Below, piece after piece: positions 21,148-31,063 of a stretch of DNA of 64,000 bases. Source of the DNA: an uncultured delta proteobacterium (GTDB lineage: Bacteria; Myxococcota_A; Polyangia; Polyangiales; Polyangiaceae); the NCBI GenBank assembly GCA_963716725.1, contig CAVQUB010000009.1, positions 1 through 64,000 of the forward strand. Reading direction: 5' to 3'. The notes under the pieces were generated by a model. The model made no database searches. It saw only the letters and a program-made list of their open reading frames with translations, and was not told where the DNA came from. The translations under genes and the position numbers were made by a program. Each line of letters opens with the position of its first letter. The first letter of the stretch is position 1.

Positions 21148-22560
21148 GCTCGTGCGCGCTCTGCATCGCTGCGCGATGCGGCGATCAGCGCCTCGACCTC
21201 AGCTCGGACCTCGGCCAGGCGCGCCTCGGTGGGCGCCTCGAAGCGCAAGACGATGACCGGACCGGTGTTGGAGGCGCGTACCAGCCCCCAAGAGCCGTCG
21301 GGGTAGGTGATGCGCGCGCCGTCGATCTCGGTGAGCTCGCCCTTGCCGCGCAGGCGCTCTTTGACCCCGGCGACCACCTCGAACTTGAGCGCGTCGGGGC
21401 AGTCGACGCGCAGCTCCGGCGTGCTGACGCCCTGGGGCAGGTCGTGCAGCAGCTCGACCACCGTTTGCGGGCCGCGCGAGAGGATCTCGAGCAGGCGCAG
21501 CGCCGCGTAGATGCCGTCGTCGAAACCGAAGTAGCGATCCGCAAAGAAGAAGTGCCCGCTCATCTCACCGGCCAGGACCGCGGACTCTTGCTTCATCTTG
21601 GTCTTGATCAGCGAGTGCCCGGTCTTCCACATGATGGGGCGGCCACCGTGCTTCGCGATGTCGTCGTAGGTCGACTGCGAGCACTTCACCTCACCGATGA
21701 CCGCACCGCCCTTCTTTTCGCTCAATACGTCCCGAGCGAAGAGCGCTAGCAGCCGGTCGCCCCACACGATCTCGCCGCTGGCGTCCACGACGCCCATTCG
21801 ATCGCCGTCGCCGTCCCACGCGATGCCGACGCGCGCCTTCTTCTCTTTGACGGTCGCGATCAGGACCTCGAGGTTCTTCGGCACCGTCGGATCGGGGTGG
21901 TGGTTGGGAAACGACCCGTTCATGTCGCAGTAGAGCGCGACAGGCGAGAGCCCCGCGTCGCGCAGCGCACGCAGGCCCAGGGGGCCCGCGGCGCCGTTGC
22001 CGGCGTCGATCACCACGGTCATGTCGGTCGTGGCCAGTCGGATGCGCCGGCGCAACTCGTCGAGGTAGGCGTCGTCGATGGGCAGGGTCTCGACGGAGCC
22101 CTTGGGTCCGAGCGGTTCGGTCGAGGTCACCACGTACTCGGCGCAGCTTCTGGAGGTCGGCGCCGAAGAAGGACGCCTTGCCCTTCATGATCTTGAAGCC
22201 GTTCTCGTCGCCCGGGTTGTGGCTGCCGGTGATCATCACGCCGCCATCTGCGTCGAGGTGATGCACTCCGAAATACATCAGCGGAGTGGGCCCGACGCCG
22301 ACGTCGACCACGTCGGCTCCCGCTTCGGTCAGGCCATGCACCAACGCATCGAAGAGGCGAGGCCCCGACCGGCGACAGTCACGACACACCACGATGCGCG
22401 GATTGAGCTTGGCGCCGGACTCGGGGCGACGCGCTTCGCGATACCCGAAGGGGTGCAGCATCTTGCCCAAGCCCCGGCCGATTTTTCGGACCAAGTCATC
22501 GGTCAGGTCCCGATCGGCTACTCCACGGATGTCGTACTCGCGAAACACATGAGCGCTCAT
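21144..22560 (-). CDS. Phosphomannomutase/phosphoglucomutase (one frameshift at ~22140, likely a sequencing error)
   Basis: FREYDIRG and TGSHNP in one frame; DGDGDR, GEMSGH and RASNT in the other. Confidence 0.9.
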
Positions 22561-22607
22561 GATCGGCGGGACGATACACGAGAACGTCGCCCTCCGGCGC
22601 GCGACGC

Positions 22608-23042
22608 TCAGGGTTTCTTGGGCGCGTACTTCTGAGCCGGGCGCCCGCAAGACAGCGGCGCGGCGCAGGCCTTCTGGGCTTGCTCCGGGGACAGCGCGTC
22701 GATGTTGTTGGGATACCAGTAGGCGCGGAGGAACTGGAGCGAGCCGGCCAGGGGCCACGACATGCTCGGCGGACGGTAGTAGCAGCCCTCCGGCGGCTTC
22801 ACCCAGCCGCCCCGCTGCCACTCCCAGCGCCCCGCGATCCAATCCCAGTGACCGTCTAGCCAGACGCAGGCGTCGTCGCCGGGCTGTTCGGGGACGACCT
22901 CGATCACCGCGGGCGGCGGCGGATAGTCGACGCTCTGCACCACGGCGGCGAGGCCCGGGTGCTTGCCGGTGGGGGGTCCGGGCAGGCTGGAGCCGCAGCC
23001 GGAGGTCGCCAACACCAGAGCAGTGATCAGCGCACGCAACAT
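22608..23042 (-). CDS. YXWGXW-repeat lipoprotein
   Basis: Lipobox TSGC; PPP..E..P..P...VWLDGHWDW...WEWQRGGW. Confidence 0.8.
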   Translation of the reverse strand: MLRALITALVLATSGCGSSLPGPPTGKHPGLAAVVQSVDYPPPPAVIEVVPEQPGDDACVWLDGHWDWIAGRWEWQRGGWVKPPEGCYYRPPSMSWPLAGSLQFLRAYWYPNNIDALSPEQAQKACAAPLSCGRPAQKYAPKKP

Positions 23043-24013
23043 CAGAGCACCCGGAGGTAGGCGAGGTAGTTGTCGACGAAGTACTGACCGAAGATCATGA
23101 ACTCGAGGGTCCCAAGCACCAAGAAGGGGCCGAATGGGAGTCGCGACTGCCCGAGCGCGTCGCTGGCCTCTTCGCCAATGGGATCCGCCTCGAGCTCCGC
23201 CGTCAGCTCACGGCGCTCATCCTCGGTCTCGGCCTCGGCGATGGCGCGCAGCAACTCCTCGCGTTCCCGCTTCACGGCCTCGGGCTCCTCGATCTTGCCT
23301 TGGGCCGCGAAGAGCACGATGGCGACGACGGTGCCTTGCACGGCGCCCGCCAACAGCGCAAAGACCGCGCCGGGCCAGCCGAACCAGGCTCCGGCCAGCA
23401 TGGTGAGCTTGGCGTCGCCCATGCCCATGCCCGCGCGCCCGCGGATCTTTCGATAGAGCACGTCGAAGGGCAGCCAGATCATCACGAAGCCGATGCCAGC
23501 GCCGATCAGCGACTCTGTCCAGGTCACCTCGCCACGCAGGGGCACCGTGAGCACGCCGAGCACGGCACCGCCCAGGGTGATCTCGTCAGGCAGGATCATG
23601 TACTCGAGATCGATGAAGGTCGCGGCGATCAGCCCGAGCACCAACACGAAGTAGGGCAAGAAGACCAAGAGCGCCTTCCACCACAGGGTCTCGGGGGCCA
23701 GCGGCACGACCCGCACCTCGAACACGGCCCACGCCGCGAGGCCGCCGAGCGCTTCGACCAAGGGGTAGCGGGGCGAGATGCGCGCGCCGCAGCAGCGCGC
23801 CTTGCCCAAGAGCGCGAGCCAGCCGAAGACCGGGACGTTGTCGAAGGCGCGGATGGCCTTGCCACAGTTCGGACAACGCGACGGCGGATAGGCCAGGTTC
23901 TCTCCTCGCGGCAGTCGGTACACAACCACGTTGAGGAAGCTGCCGAAGGCGAGGCCAAGCGCCACCACCGTCGCAGCCAAGAACCAATACGGCAGATCGC
24001 CGAGCGTCGGCAC
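23042..24013 (-). CDS. pilD: Prepilin peptidase
   Basis: GSFLNVVVYRLP, SRCPNC, ISPRYPLVE, GMGDAKL, PFGPFL motifs. Confidence 0.95.
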   Translation of the reverse strand: MPTLGDLPYWFLAATVVALGLAFGSFLNVVVYRLPRGENLAYPPSRCPNCGKAIRAFDNVPVFGWLALLGKARCCGARISPRYPLVEALGGLAAWAVFEVRVVPLAPETLWWKALLVFLPYFVLVLGLIAATFIDLEYMILPDEITLGGAVLGVLTVPLRGEVTWTESLIGAGIGFVMIWLPFDVLYRKIRGRAGMGMGDAKLTMLAGAWFGWPGAVFALLAGAVQGTVVAIVLFAAQGKIEEPEAVKREREELLRAIAEAETEDERRELTAELEADPIGEEASDALGQSRLPFGPFLVLGTLEFMIFGQYFVDNYLAYLRVL

Positions 24014-24022
24014 GGCTCTCGG

Positions 24023-24283
24023 TTACTCTCCCGAAAGCAGGGCGTCGAGCTTCCCCTGTCGATCCAGCTGACTCAAGGCGTCGAAGCCGCCGATGGGGCG
24101 GTCACCGATGAAGATCTGCGGCACCGTCTGAAGGCCGGTGACCTCGCGCAGCCAGGCGCGCTTTTCGTCGTCGCCGGACACGTCGATCTCCTGGAAAGCA
24201 ACCCCTTTCTTGTCCAGCAGGCGCTTCGCCATGACGCAGTATCCGCAGTACCTGGTGCTGTACATCACGACCTGAGCGGGCAT
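24023..24283 (-). CDS. grxC: Glutaredoxin 3
   Basis: CGYC active site, TVPQIFI, GGFD. Confidence 0.92.
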   Translation of the reverse strand: MPAQVVMYSTRYCGYCVMAKRLLDKKGVAFQEIDVSGDDEKRAWLREVTGLQTVPQIFIGDRPIGGFDALSQLDRQGKLDALLSGE

Positions 24284-24345
24284 ATCCAGGTCAATCTTAC
24301 GGCGATCTCCCCGTCCTGCCCAGGTCGCGATAAGTTCTGCGGGCC

Positions 24346-26952
24346 ATGGCCAGCTCGGAAACGACCACGCTCTCTCTGGAACGCTACGCGCCCGACGCCA
24401 AAGGGCTCGTCGCGGGCGCCCAAGCCATCGCCGACGAGCGCAAGCACGCCGAGGTGCTGCCCCTGCACCTGTTGACCCGATCGATCGAGCGCGACCCAGG
24501 CGTCGCGGCGGTGTTCCGGGCTGCGAACGTCAACGTGGTGGAGCTCCAGTCCGCCTGCGAGCGGGCGATGACAGGGCTGCCGACCAGCCGGGAGCCCGCC
24601 TACCTGTCGGCGAGCATGCTGGACCTCTTGGAGCGCGCGGCGCGCGAGGCCGAGCGCGAGCGCAGCGGCAACGTGTCGACGGAGCACTTGCTCAACGCCC
24701 TGTCACAGGAGATCCGCGGACCCGCCGGCGAGATCCTCGGCGCCATGGGCATCGCACCGGGCTCGCTCCGTGGGCACTTGTCGGCGCTGCGCTCGGTGCC
24801 GAGGCCGACCCCGAAGAAGGCGCTCGTCGGCACGCTCACCACCGATCAATACACCCACGACTGGGTCGAAGACGCGCGCGCAGACCGTCTCGATCCCGTC
24901 CTTGGACGCGACGTGGAGGTCCGACGGCTGACCACCATCCTGGAGCGACGTCAGAAGAACAACACGCTGCTCGTCGGAGAGCCGGGCGTCGGCAAAGGCG
25001 CAGTCGTCGCCGCCCTGGCCCAACGCATCGCCGACGGAGACGTACCGACCACCCTGGCCGGCGTGCGCCTGCTCGAGCTCGACGCAGCGGCCCTCGTCGC
25101 CGGCACGCGCCTGCGCAGTGACGTGGACGAGCGCATGCGCGGACTGTTGGCGTCGCTCGCAGACGACAAACGCGGACAGCCGGTGCTGGTGGTGCGGGGT
25201 CTGGATCAGATCTTCGGACAGGGCCCCGGAGGAGCGGCGGTCGGCGAATTCTTGAAATCCCCGCTGCTGCGCGGCGAGATCCGCATGCTCGCCACCACGA
25301 CGCCGGAGGGGCTACGCAAGGTCAACGAGAAGGATCCCACGGTCTTGCGCGCCTTCACTTCGCTGCCCATCGACGAGCCCAGCGTCGACGGCGCCATCGA
25401 AATCTTGCGCGGCGTGGCCAGCAGATACGAGGAGCGTCACCAGGTGGAGATCAGCGAGGGCGCCATCGGCTCCGCGGTGCGCCTGGCCAAGCGCTACCTC
25501 CAGGATCGCTTCTTGCCGGACAGCGCCATCGATCTCTTGGACGAAACCGCGGCGGCGAAGCGCGTAGACACCGACGGCATCCCTGCCCCCGTGGACACCG
25601 CGATGCGACGCGCGGACTCGCTCAAGGCTCAGATCCGCTCGCTCGAGCGCAGCGAAGACAAAGAGTCGAGGACCACCCGCGATCGGTTGTCCGCCGAGCT
25701 CGCCGAGCTCGAGCCAAAGCTGGTCGAGATGAAGAGCAAGCTCGAGTCGCGCCGCGGCGCAGTGGCAGCCGTGCGAACGCTGAAGAGCGAGCTCGATGCC
25801 GCCCGCGCCGCCCTCGAAGACGCGCGAACCCGCAAGGACTTCGCCAGGCTCGGGGAGCTCGAGCACGTGACGGTCCCCGAGCTGGAGAAGCGCCATCACG
25901 CGGCGGAGGAGGCGGCGCGCAGCGCCGGCTTGCTCGACGAGAGCTCGCGCATCGTCGCCGAGAGCGACGTCGCCGGGACCCTCGCGGTCTGGACCGGCGT
26001 CCCGGTGGCCAAGATGCTGGAGGGCGAGGCCGACAAGCTGCTCAAGATGGAGGCGCGGCTCGAGAAGCGCGTGGTCGGGCAAGACGAGGCCGTCAAGGCC
26101 ATCGCCCGCGCCGTCCGCCGCGGACGCGTCGGCCTCCGCGACCCGGGCAAGCCCATCGGCAGCTTCCTCTTCCTCGGTCCCAGCGGCGTCGGCAAGACCG
26201 AGCTCGGCAAGGCGCTGGCCGAGTTCTTGTTCGACGACGAGCTGGCGCTCACGCGCCTCGACATGAGCGAGTTCATGGAACGCCACATGGCGCAGCGCCT
26301 GATCGGCGCGCCGCCGGGCTACGCCGACAGCGATCAGGGCGGCTTCCTCACCGAGGCCGTGCGTCGGCGCCCCTACTCGGTGCTGCTCTTCGACGAGGTC
26401 GAGAAGGCGCACCAAGACGTGTTCAACCTGCTGCTCCAGGTGCTCGACGACGGTCGCCTCACCGACGGACGCGGTCGCACCGCGGATTTTTCCAACACCG
26501 TCGTGATCATGACCAGCAACATCGGATCGCAGCGCATCCTGGAGTCCGATCCCAAGCTGTTCGAGAGCGAGGACGGCCGCGAGGCCCTGCGCGACGTGCT
26601 GCTGGGCCAGCTCGGCGAGTTCTTCCGGCCGGAGTTCCTGAACCGCATCGACGACGTGGTCGTCTTCCGATCGCTCTCCAAGACCGATCTGCGCAAGATC
26701 GTGGACATTCAGCTACGCCGCCTGGACAAGCTTTTGGCCGACCGCCGCGTGACGCTCGAGCTGAGCGAAGAGGCCAAGCTGCGGCTGGTCGATCTCGGCT
26801 ACGAGCCCGCCCTCGGCGCCCGCCCCCTGCGTCGTGCGATCCTGAAACAAGTCCAAGATCCGCTGGCCGAGGCCCTGCTCGGCAACCGGTATCCCGAAGG
26901 CACCACCATCCAGGTCGGCCTCGACGGCGAGACGTTCACGTTCACGGTGTGA
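24346..26952 (+). CDS. clpB: ClpB-like AAA+ chaperone (NBD1 degenerate)
   Basis: Clp N domain, LDPVLGRD, GEPGVGKG, DRFLPDSAIDL, coiled-coil M domain, GPSGVGKTE, LLFDEVEKAH, RPEFLNRID. Confidence 0.85.
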   Translation: MASSETTTLSLERYAPDAKGLVAGAQAIADERKHAEVLPLHLLTRSIERDPGVAAVFRAANVNVVELQSACERAMTGLPTSREPAYLSASMLDLLERAAREAERERSGNVSTEHLLNALSQEIRGPAGEILGAMGIAPGSLRGHLSALRSVPRPTPKKALVGTLTTDQYTHDWVEDARADRLDPVLGRDVEVRRLTTILERRQKNNTLLVGEPGVGKGAVVAALAQRIADGDVPTTLAGVRLLELDAAALVAGTRLRSDVDERMRGLLASLADDKRGQPVLVVRGLDQIFGQGPGGAAVGEFLKSPLLRGEIRMLATTTPEGLRKVNEKDPTVLRAFTSLPIDEPSVDGAIEILRGVASRYEERHQVEISEGAIGSAVRLAKRYLQDRFLPDSAIDLLDETAAAKRVDTDGIPAPVDTAMRRADSLKAQIRSLERSEDKESRTTRDRLSAELAELEPKLVEMKSKLESRRGAVAAVRTLKSELDAARAALEDARTRKDFARLGELEHVTVPELEKRHHAAEEAARSAGLLDESSRIVAESDVAGTLAVWTGVPVAKMLEGEADKLLKMEARLEKRVVGQDEAVKAIARAVRRGRVGLRDPGKPIGSFLFLGPSGVGKTELGKALAEFLFDDELALTRLDMSEFMERHMAQRLIGAPPGYADSDQGGFLTEAVRRRPYSVLLFDEVEKAHQDVFNLLLQVLDDGRLTDGRGRTADFSNTVVIMTSNIGSQRILESDPKLFESEDGREALRDVLLGQLGEFFRPEFLNRIDDVVVFRSLSKTDLRKIVDIQLRRLDKLLADRRVTLELSEEAKLRLVDLGYEPALGARPLRRAILKQVQDPLAEALLGNRYPEGTTIQVGLDGETFTFTV

Positions 26953-27182
26953 GGGTGAGCGCTGGCGGAGCCGACGGCGACCGAGGGACGCCCTCGCTCC
27001 AGTCCAAATTAGGTTCCGCCCGCTGACACCGGAGGGACAGTGTCGGCGCAGCAGCGGAAGCCGACGAACGGATTGATTTCCAGGGCAGCCGTCACGCCTG
27101 CGCCGGCGCAGTCCAACGATTCCGCCTTGGACTCGGCTCTCGAACCGCCTCGAGCGGGGGAGGCTCACCCAGTCGATCGTCC

Positions 27183-27240
27183 TGGCCGATCGCCGCGTGA
27201 CGTTCGAGCTGAGCGAGGAGGCCAAGTTGCGCCTGGTCGA
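27183..27240 (+). repeat. 58-bp diverged copy of a clpB 3' segment (26735-26792)
   Basis: 53/58 identity counted by eye. Confidence 0.85.
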
Positions 27241-27336
27241 CCGTCATTCTGCCGAGAAATACGCGTGCGAAAGACCGCTCTCGCCTGAGTTCGAGTTTTC
27301 GCGCAACTGCGCTGCCGGTGCAGCCGATAGCGTCAC

Positions 27337-28080
27337 ATGCGAAGACTCACTGCGTTTGCCGTCGTTCTGATGACCGGAATGGTTGGCTTTGGCGCCGGCT
27401 GCAGCGGCGGGACCGGGGATTCGTCGGGGGACTCCTGGGGGGATTCGTCGGGCATGACGATCACCAAGACCTGCCTGAAGACGACCTGCGACGTGTGGCA
27501 GGAGGACGCTTCAGACGCCTGCTCGGCGTGCATGGACGCATGTTTCAGCGCCTCCTACGGCTGCGACTATTCCTCGGCCTGCGACGTCAGCTGTGATCCG
27601 GCCGAATGCGGCGACTGGGCACGCGACAACTGCGAGGTCCAAGGCTTCAAGGTCACTACTCCCGTCGATTCGAGCGCCGAGGTCCTCGAGGCCTGCAAGC
27701 GCAGCATCAATCACATCCAGAGCTGTGGTTACGAAGCGGGAGTGACCCTCGAGAACTGTGCCGTGTTCGCCGCGGTCGAACGGCCCGAGGTCGCGCCCTC
27801 TTACGACTGCACGGCGAACATCCCCTGTGATTCCCTCAGCGATCCGGACGCTTGGCAGGCGTGCCAGCTGCCGCCCTCCAGCTTCGGAAACGAGATCTGC
27901 GCCAAGCTCGACGCGAAGTGCAGCGGCCATTGCACCCCAGAGGACCGAGACTGGTTGAACGGGGAAGGTAGCTTCCTCAGACCCGAAGTCATGAAGGCGC
28001 TCGACTACTGCGTTGGACAAACGTCGTGCACAGACGTGAGGGCCTGCGTCTTCGCTTGGAGCCAAGCGGTCGGACTCTGA
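27337..28080 (+). CDS. Cys-rich lipoprotein (hypothetical)
   Basis: Lipobox GAGC; about 20 Cys. Confidence 0.8.
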   Translation: MRRLTAFAVVLMTGMVGFGAGCSGGTGDSSGDSWGDSSGMTITKTCLKTTCDVWQEDASDACSACMDACFSASYGCDYSSACDVSCDPAECGDWARDNCEVQGFKVTTPVDSSAEVLEACKRSINHIQSCGYEAGVTLENCAVFAAVERPEVAPSYDCTANIPCDSLSDPDAWQACQLPPSSFGNEICAKLDAKCSGHCTPEDRDWLNGEGSFLRPEVMKALDYCVGQTSCTDVRACVFAWSQAVGL

Positions 28081-28194
28081 GCCGAGGCTCGAACCGCGCC
28101 CGAAGCCCTGCGCCGAGCGCCGCCTGGTGCGTCGGCTCTGCAGCGGCGAGGCCCGGTCAGGGAGCTAGCGGGCAACGTCACGCAGGCGGTCGGA

Positions 28195-28557
28195 TTGGTG
28201 CACGCCCTGGCCAAACAGCTACTCGAGCTCGGCAGGGCATCTCTCGCTTCTGTAAGGCCGAGCGACGTGCGCGCCATCATCGAGGCGGAGCGCATGGCAC
28301 TCACCGCGCTCTTGGCGGGCCGAGCGACGCTGAGCGTGGAAGACCGCGCCAAGGAGTTCAGTGACGACGGCGTCGGGATGGACGAGGCCACGCGCTCCCG
28401 GGTGTTCGAGCCCTATTTCACGACCAAGGATCAGGGAACGGGACTCGGCCTCGCGTTGGTGCACTCCGCGGTTGTCCGGGCCGGCGGCGAGGTCCACGTG
28501 GAGAGCTCACCCGGCCACGGCGCCCGCTTCATGGTTGCGCTGCCTCTCGCACACTGA
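28195..28557 (+). pseudogene. Orphan HATPase_c (histidine kinase) C-terminal fragment
   Basis: DDGVGM...[15 protein letters not shown]...G(A)RF G1/F/G2 boxes are present; no H box or N box. Confidence 0.6.
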
Positions 28558-28621
28558 ATCGCGCGGGCTCAGGCGGCCGCGCGGCGACAAGCCAAGCGGT
28601 TGGTCGCTGACCCCACCCACA

Positions 28622-30115
28622 TCACGCCGTCGGATCCGACGACCGGCGGCGCAGCACGAAGAGGCTCGCGGCAGGCGATTGGGAGGGCCCCGGGAAGGTG
28701 CTCGGGTGTTCCTCGACGATCTCAAACGCTTCGCCGAAGAGCAGTTCGAGCGTTCGGCGGGTGTGGGGCGTCGTGCCGTGGCGATCGCCTTCTTCACTAG
28801 CGTGGGTCTTGAGCAGCAGAAGTCCGCCCGGCGCCAGCAGCGCGGCGATGTTTGCCACATAGCGAGCGGCGGCGTTCTCCGCGAGCAGGTGCAAGCAGCC
28901 GCGGTCCACCGCGATCTGGAACTGCCGGCGAAGACGGCTGTTCGTGATGTCGTCTTCGAGCCAGAGCACCGGCAGCGCGGGCGCGCGTTGGCACGCTGCC
29001 TCGAGCGCGCGCCGGGACAGGTCAATGGCCACCGTGTGGTGCCCGCGCTCGGCGGCGGCGACGGCAAAGAGCCCCAGACCCGTCCCGATGTCGAGCACGA
29101 AGGACGCCCGCGGCGCGAGGCGCTCGAAGCACGCGAGCAGATCTTCATCCACGACGTCGGTGTGCCAGGGAAGTTGCTCCGGGTGCTCGGACGCATATAC
29201 CTCGTCCCACTCCGCTCCGCTGCTCGGCGTGCGCTTCCTCGCAGCGCGGTCAAGGGCCAGCGCCGTCTCGAGCATCTGCACCACGGCCCCGACGGGCGGC
29301 GCCGGGCCGAGCTTGTGTGCGCGATTGATGGGCGCGTCCGCGACCTCGACACCGAAGGATGGATGCACGACGTGCATGCCGTCTTGGACCAATTGCTCGA
29401 TGTTGCGCTGGACCGCGGCGCGCGCAAACATGCTCGCGGCCATTGATGGTGCGACGATGACCGGGGCAGAGGTGGCGAGCGCGATAGCGGACGCGATCGA
29501 GTCGAAATCGCCGGTGGCCAGGCGCGACAGCGTGGTGCCCGTCGCCGGCCAGACCAGAACTGCGTCGGCCCAGGTCGCGAGATCGATGTGCGGGACCGGA
29601 GTCGTGCCTTCGTACAGATCCGTGGCAACGGGATGATGCACGAGCCGCTCGAGGGCATAGGTGTTGATGAAGCGAAGCGCGTTCTTCGATGCCGCCACGC
29701 GCACTTCGAACCCACGCTCGATGAGTCGGGTGACCAACGCGGGCGCGTGCATCGCGGCCACACCTCCCGCGAGGCATACGACGACGCGATCGTGGCGTCG
29801 CATCAAGGGCTGCGGCGCGGGCGCCTGGTCCCTTGCTCCGACGGTGTCGACTGCGCCGGCGCTCTGGAGCAGATCGAGCAGCTGGTGGACGACGCTGTCT
29901 TCGCCGAGCTTCGCCCCGCTGACCGCTTCCACATGCTCGATGATCTGCTCGAGTGTCCGCGCCTCCAACAGAAAGGACAGCAAGACCTTCGCCAGCTGTG
30001 CCGTTTCGGCACGCAACTGGTGTGCACGGCCGTCGGGTCCGAGCAGGACCATCGTGTCGAGGGTGTCGTAGATGCGCGCCACGCGGGCGCGCCGCAGGCG
30101 GCCGGTTTCGGACAT
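28622..30115 (-). CDS. Trimodular protein: PqqD/RRE-like domain + HFCD (EpiD/LanD-like) flavoprotein + class I SAM methyltransferase
   Basis: aa1-90 show a 3-strand/3-helix RRE pattern. VVCLAGGVAA, PHIDLATWADAVLVWPAT and APSMAASMF mark the HFCD. LPW, VLDIGTGLG and DRGCLH mark the methyltransferase. Confidence 0.85.
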   Translation of the reverse strand: MSETGRLRRARVARIYDTLDTMVLLGPDGRAHQLRAETAQLAKVLLSFLLEARTLEQIIEHVEAVSGAKLGEDSVVHQLLDLLQSAGAVDTVGARDQAPAPQPLMRRHDRVVVCLAGGVAAMHAPALVTRLIERGFEVRVAASKNALRFINTYALERLVHHPVATDLYEGTTPVPHIDLATWADAVLVWPATGTTLSRLATGDFDSIASAIALATSAPVIVAPSMAASMFARAAVQRNIEQLVQDGMHVVHPSFGVEVADAPINRAHKLGPAPPVGAVVQMLETALALDRAARKRTPSSGAEWDEVYASEHPEQLPWHTDVVDEDLLACFERLAPRASFVLDIGTGLGLFAVAAAERGHHTVAIDLSRRALEAACQRAPALPVLWLEDDITNSRLRRQFQIAVDRGCLHLLAENAAARYVANIAALLAPGGLLLLKTHASEEGDRHGTTPHTRRTLELLFGEAFEIVEEHPSTFPGPSQSPAASLFVLRRRSSDPTA

Positions 30116-30157
30116 CGGGCGGGTTCTCGCGGTCCAGACCGGACCGCTGTCAAGCTA

Positions 30158-30409
30158 TCAACTACTGCCGCCGGTGGTACAGCCACCGTTGGCGGTCGCG
30201 TAGCAACTCTTGCTCGGCCCGCACTTGGCCTTGCCTTGATCGTCTTCGCACTTCTTGCAGTCACCGGACTGAAGCTCGGCGCAGGCGACGACCGCACCGG
30301 ACGACTTGCCTGTCTCGTCGTCGTCGCCACCGCAAGCCATGACGATGGCGAAGGTGGTCACGGTCAACGCACTCGGCAGCACCAGGTCGCGCAAGATTGT
30401 CCGAGCCAT
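30158..30409 (-). CDS. 83-aa Cys-rich lipoprotein; candidate substrate of the downstream RRE-HFCD-MTase
   Basis: Lipobox VMAC plus 6 further Cys; same strand, ending 42 bp before the enzyme start. Confidence 0.75.
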   Translation of the reverse strand: MARTILRDLVLPSALTVTTFAIVMACGGDDDETGKSSGAVVACAELQSGDCKKCEDDQGKAKCGPSKSCYATANGGCTTGGSS

Positions 30410-30499
30410 CAGCCCAGTCTAACACGGGCGACCGAGATCCGAACGACGCTGGTTCCGACCTGATTTCCGGCGGTTGACCCGGAGGTGTAGAATGCGGCG

Positions 30500-31063
30500 A
30501 TGCGCAGGACGATAGCGGTCATCGCCAGCTTGTGCTGTCTCGCAGGTTGCGGCGGAGCGGAGAGCGAAGCCGGGCGGCCGGGCTCAGGCGGCGGAACGGC
30601 GATGCTCGCCGACGTCGCGCTCTGGGGCTACCTGCGCATCGACTCGGCCGGTCTTGCGACCGAAGCGGCGCTGGGCCCCGTGAGCTTCGACGCGATCCGT
30701 CAGAGCACCGACAATACGCTCGCGTTGATCCACGTCTCTGGTTTCACCTGAAGCGCGTGCAAGGCAGCGGCCCGGGACATGGCCCTCAACTACCCGAACT
30801 ACGCAGACAAGGCGATCTTCGTCGACCTCCTTGCCGAAGGCGCGAAGGCCACCGAGCCCGCAACGCAACTCGAACTCGATGCGTGGATCTTGGATCGGGA
30901 AATCCCATTCACGACCGCGATGGACCTTCCGGGCGAGGGCCAGGGCATCCTGCACGACCTCTCCCCGGTTGAAAACACGTTCTTGGTCGAGCTCGGGAGC
31001 CTGAAGATCGTGTCGCACGCAAAGACGCCGTCCACGCTCTATCCCACGCTGGACACGCTCTGA
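30500..31063 (+). CDS. Hypothetical lipoprotein, split by frameshift(s) near 30745-30780
   Basis: LAGC lipobox ORF 30500-30751 and a coding-like continuation at 30779-31063. Confidence 0.5.

Noticed and set aside
28622..30115. Annotation as coaBC/dfp
   Set aside because: No CoaB ligase domain, no clamp Cys, and extra RRE-like and MTase domains are present.
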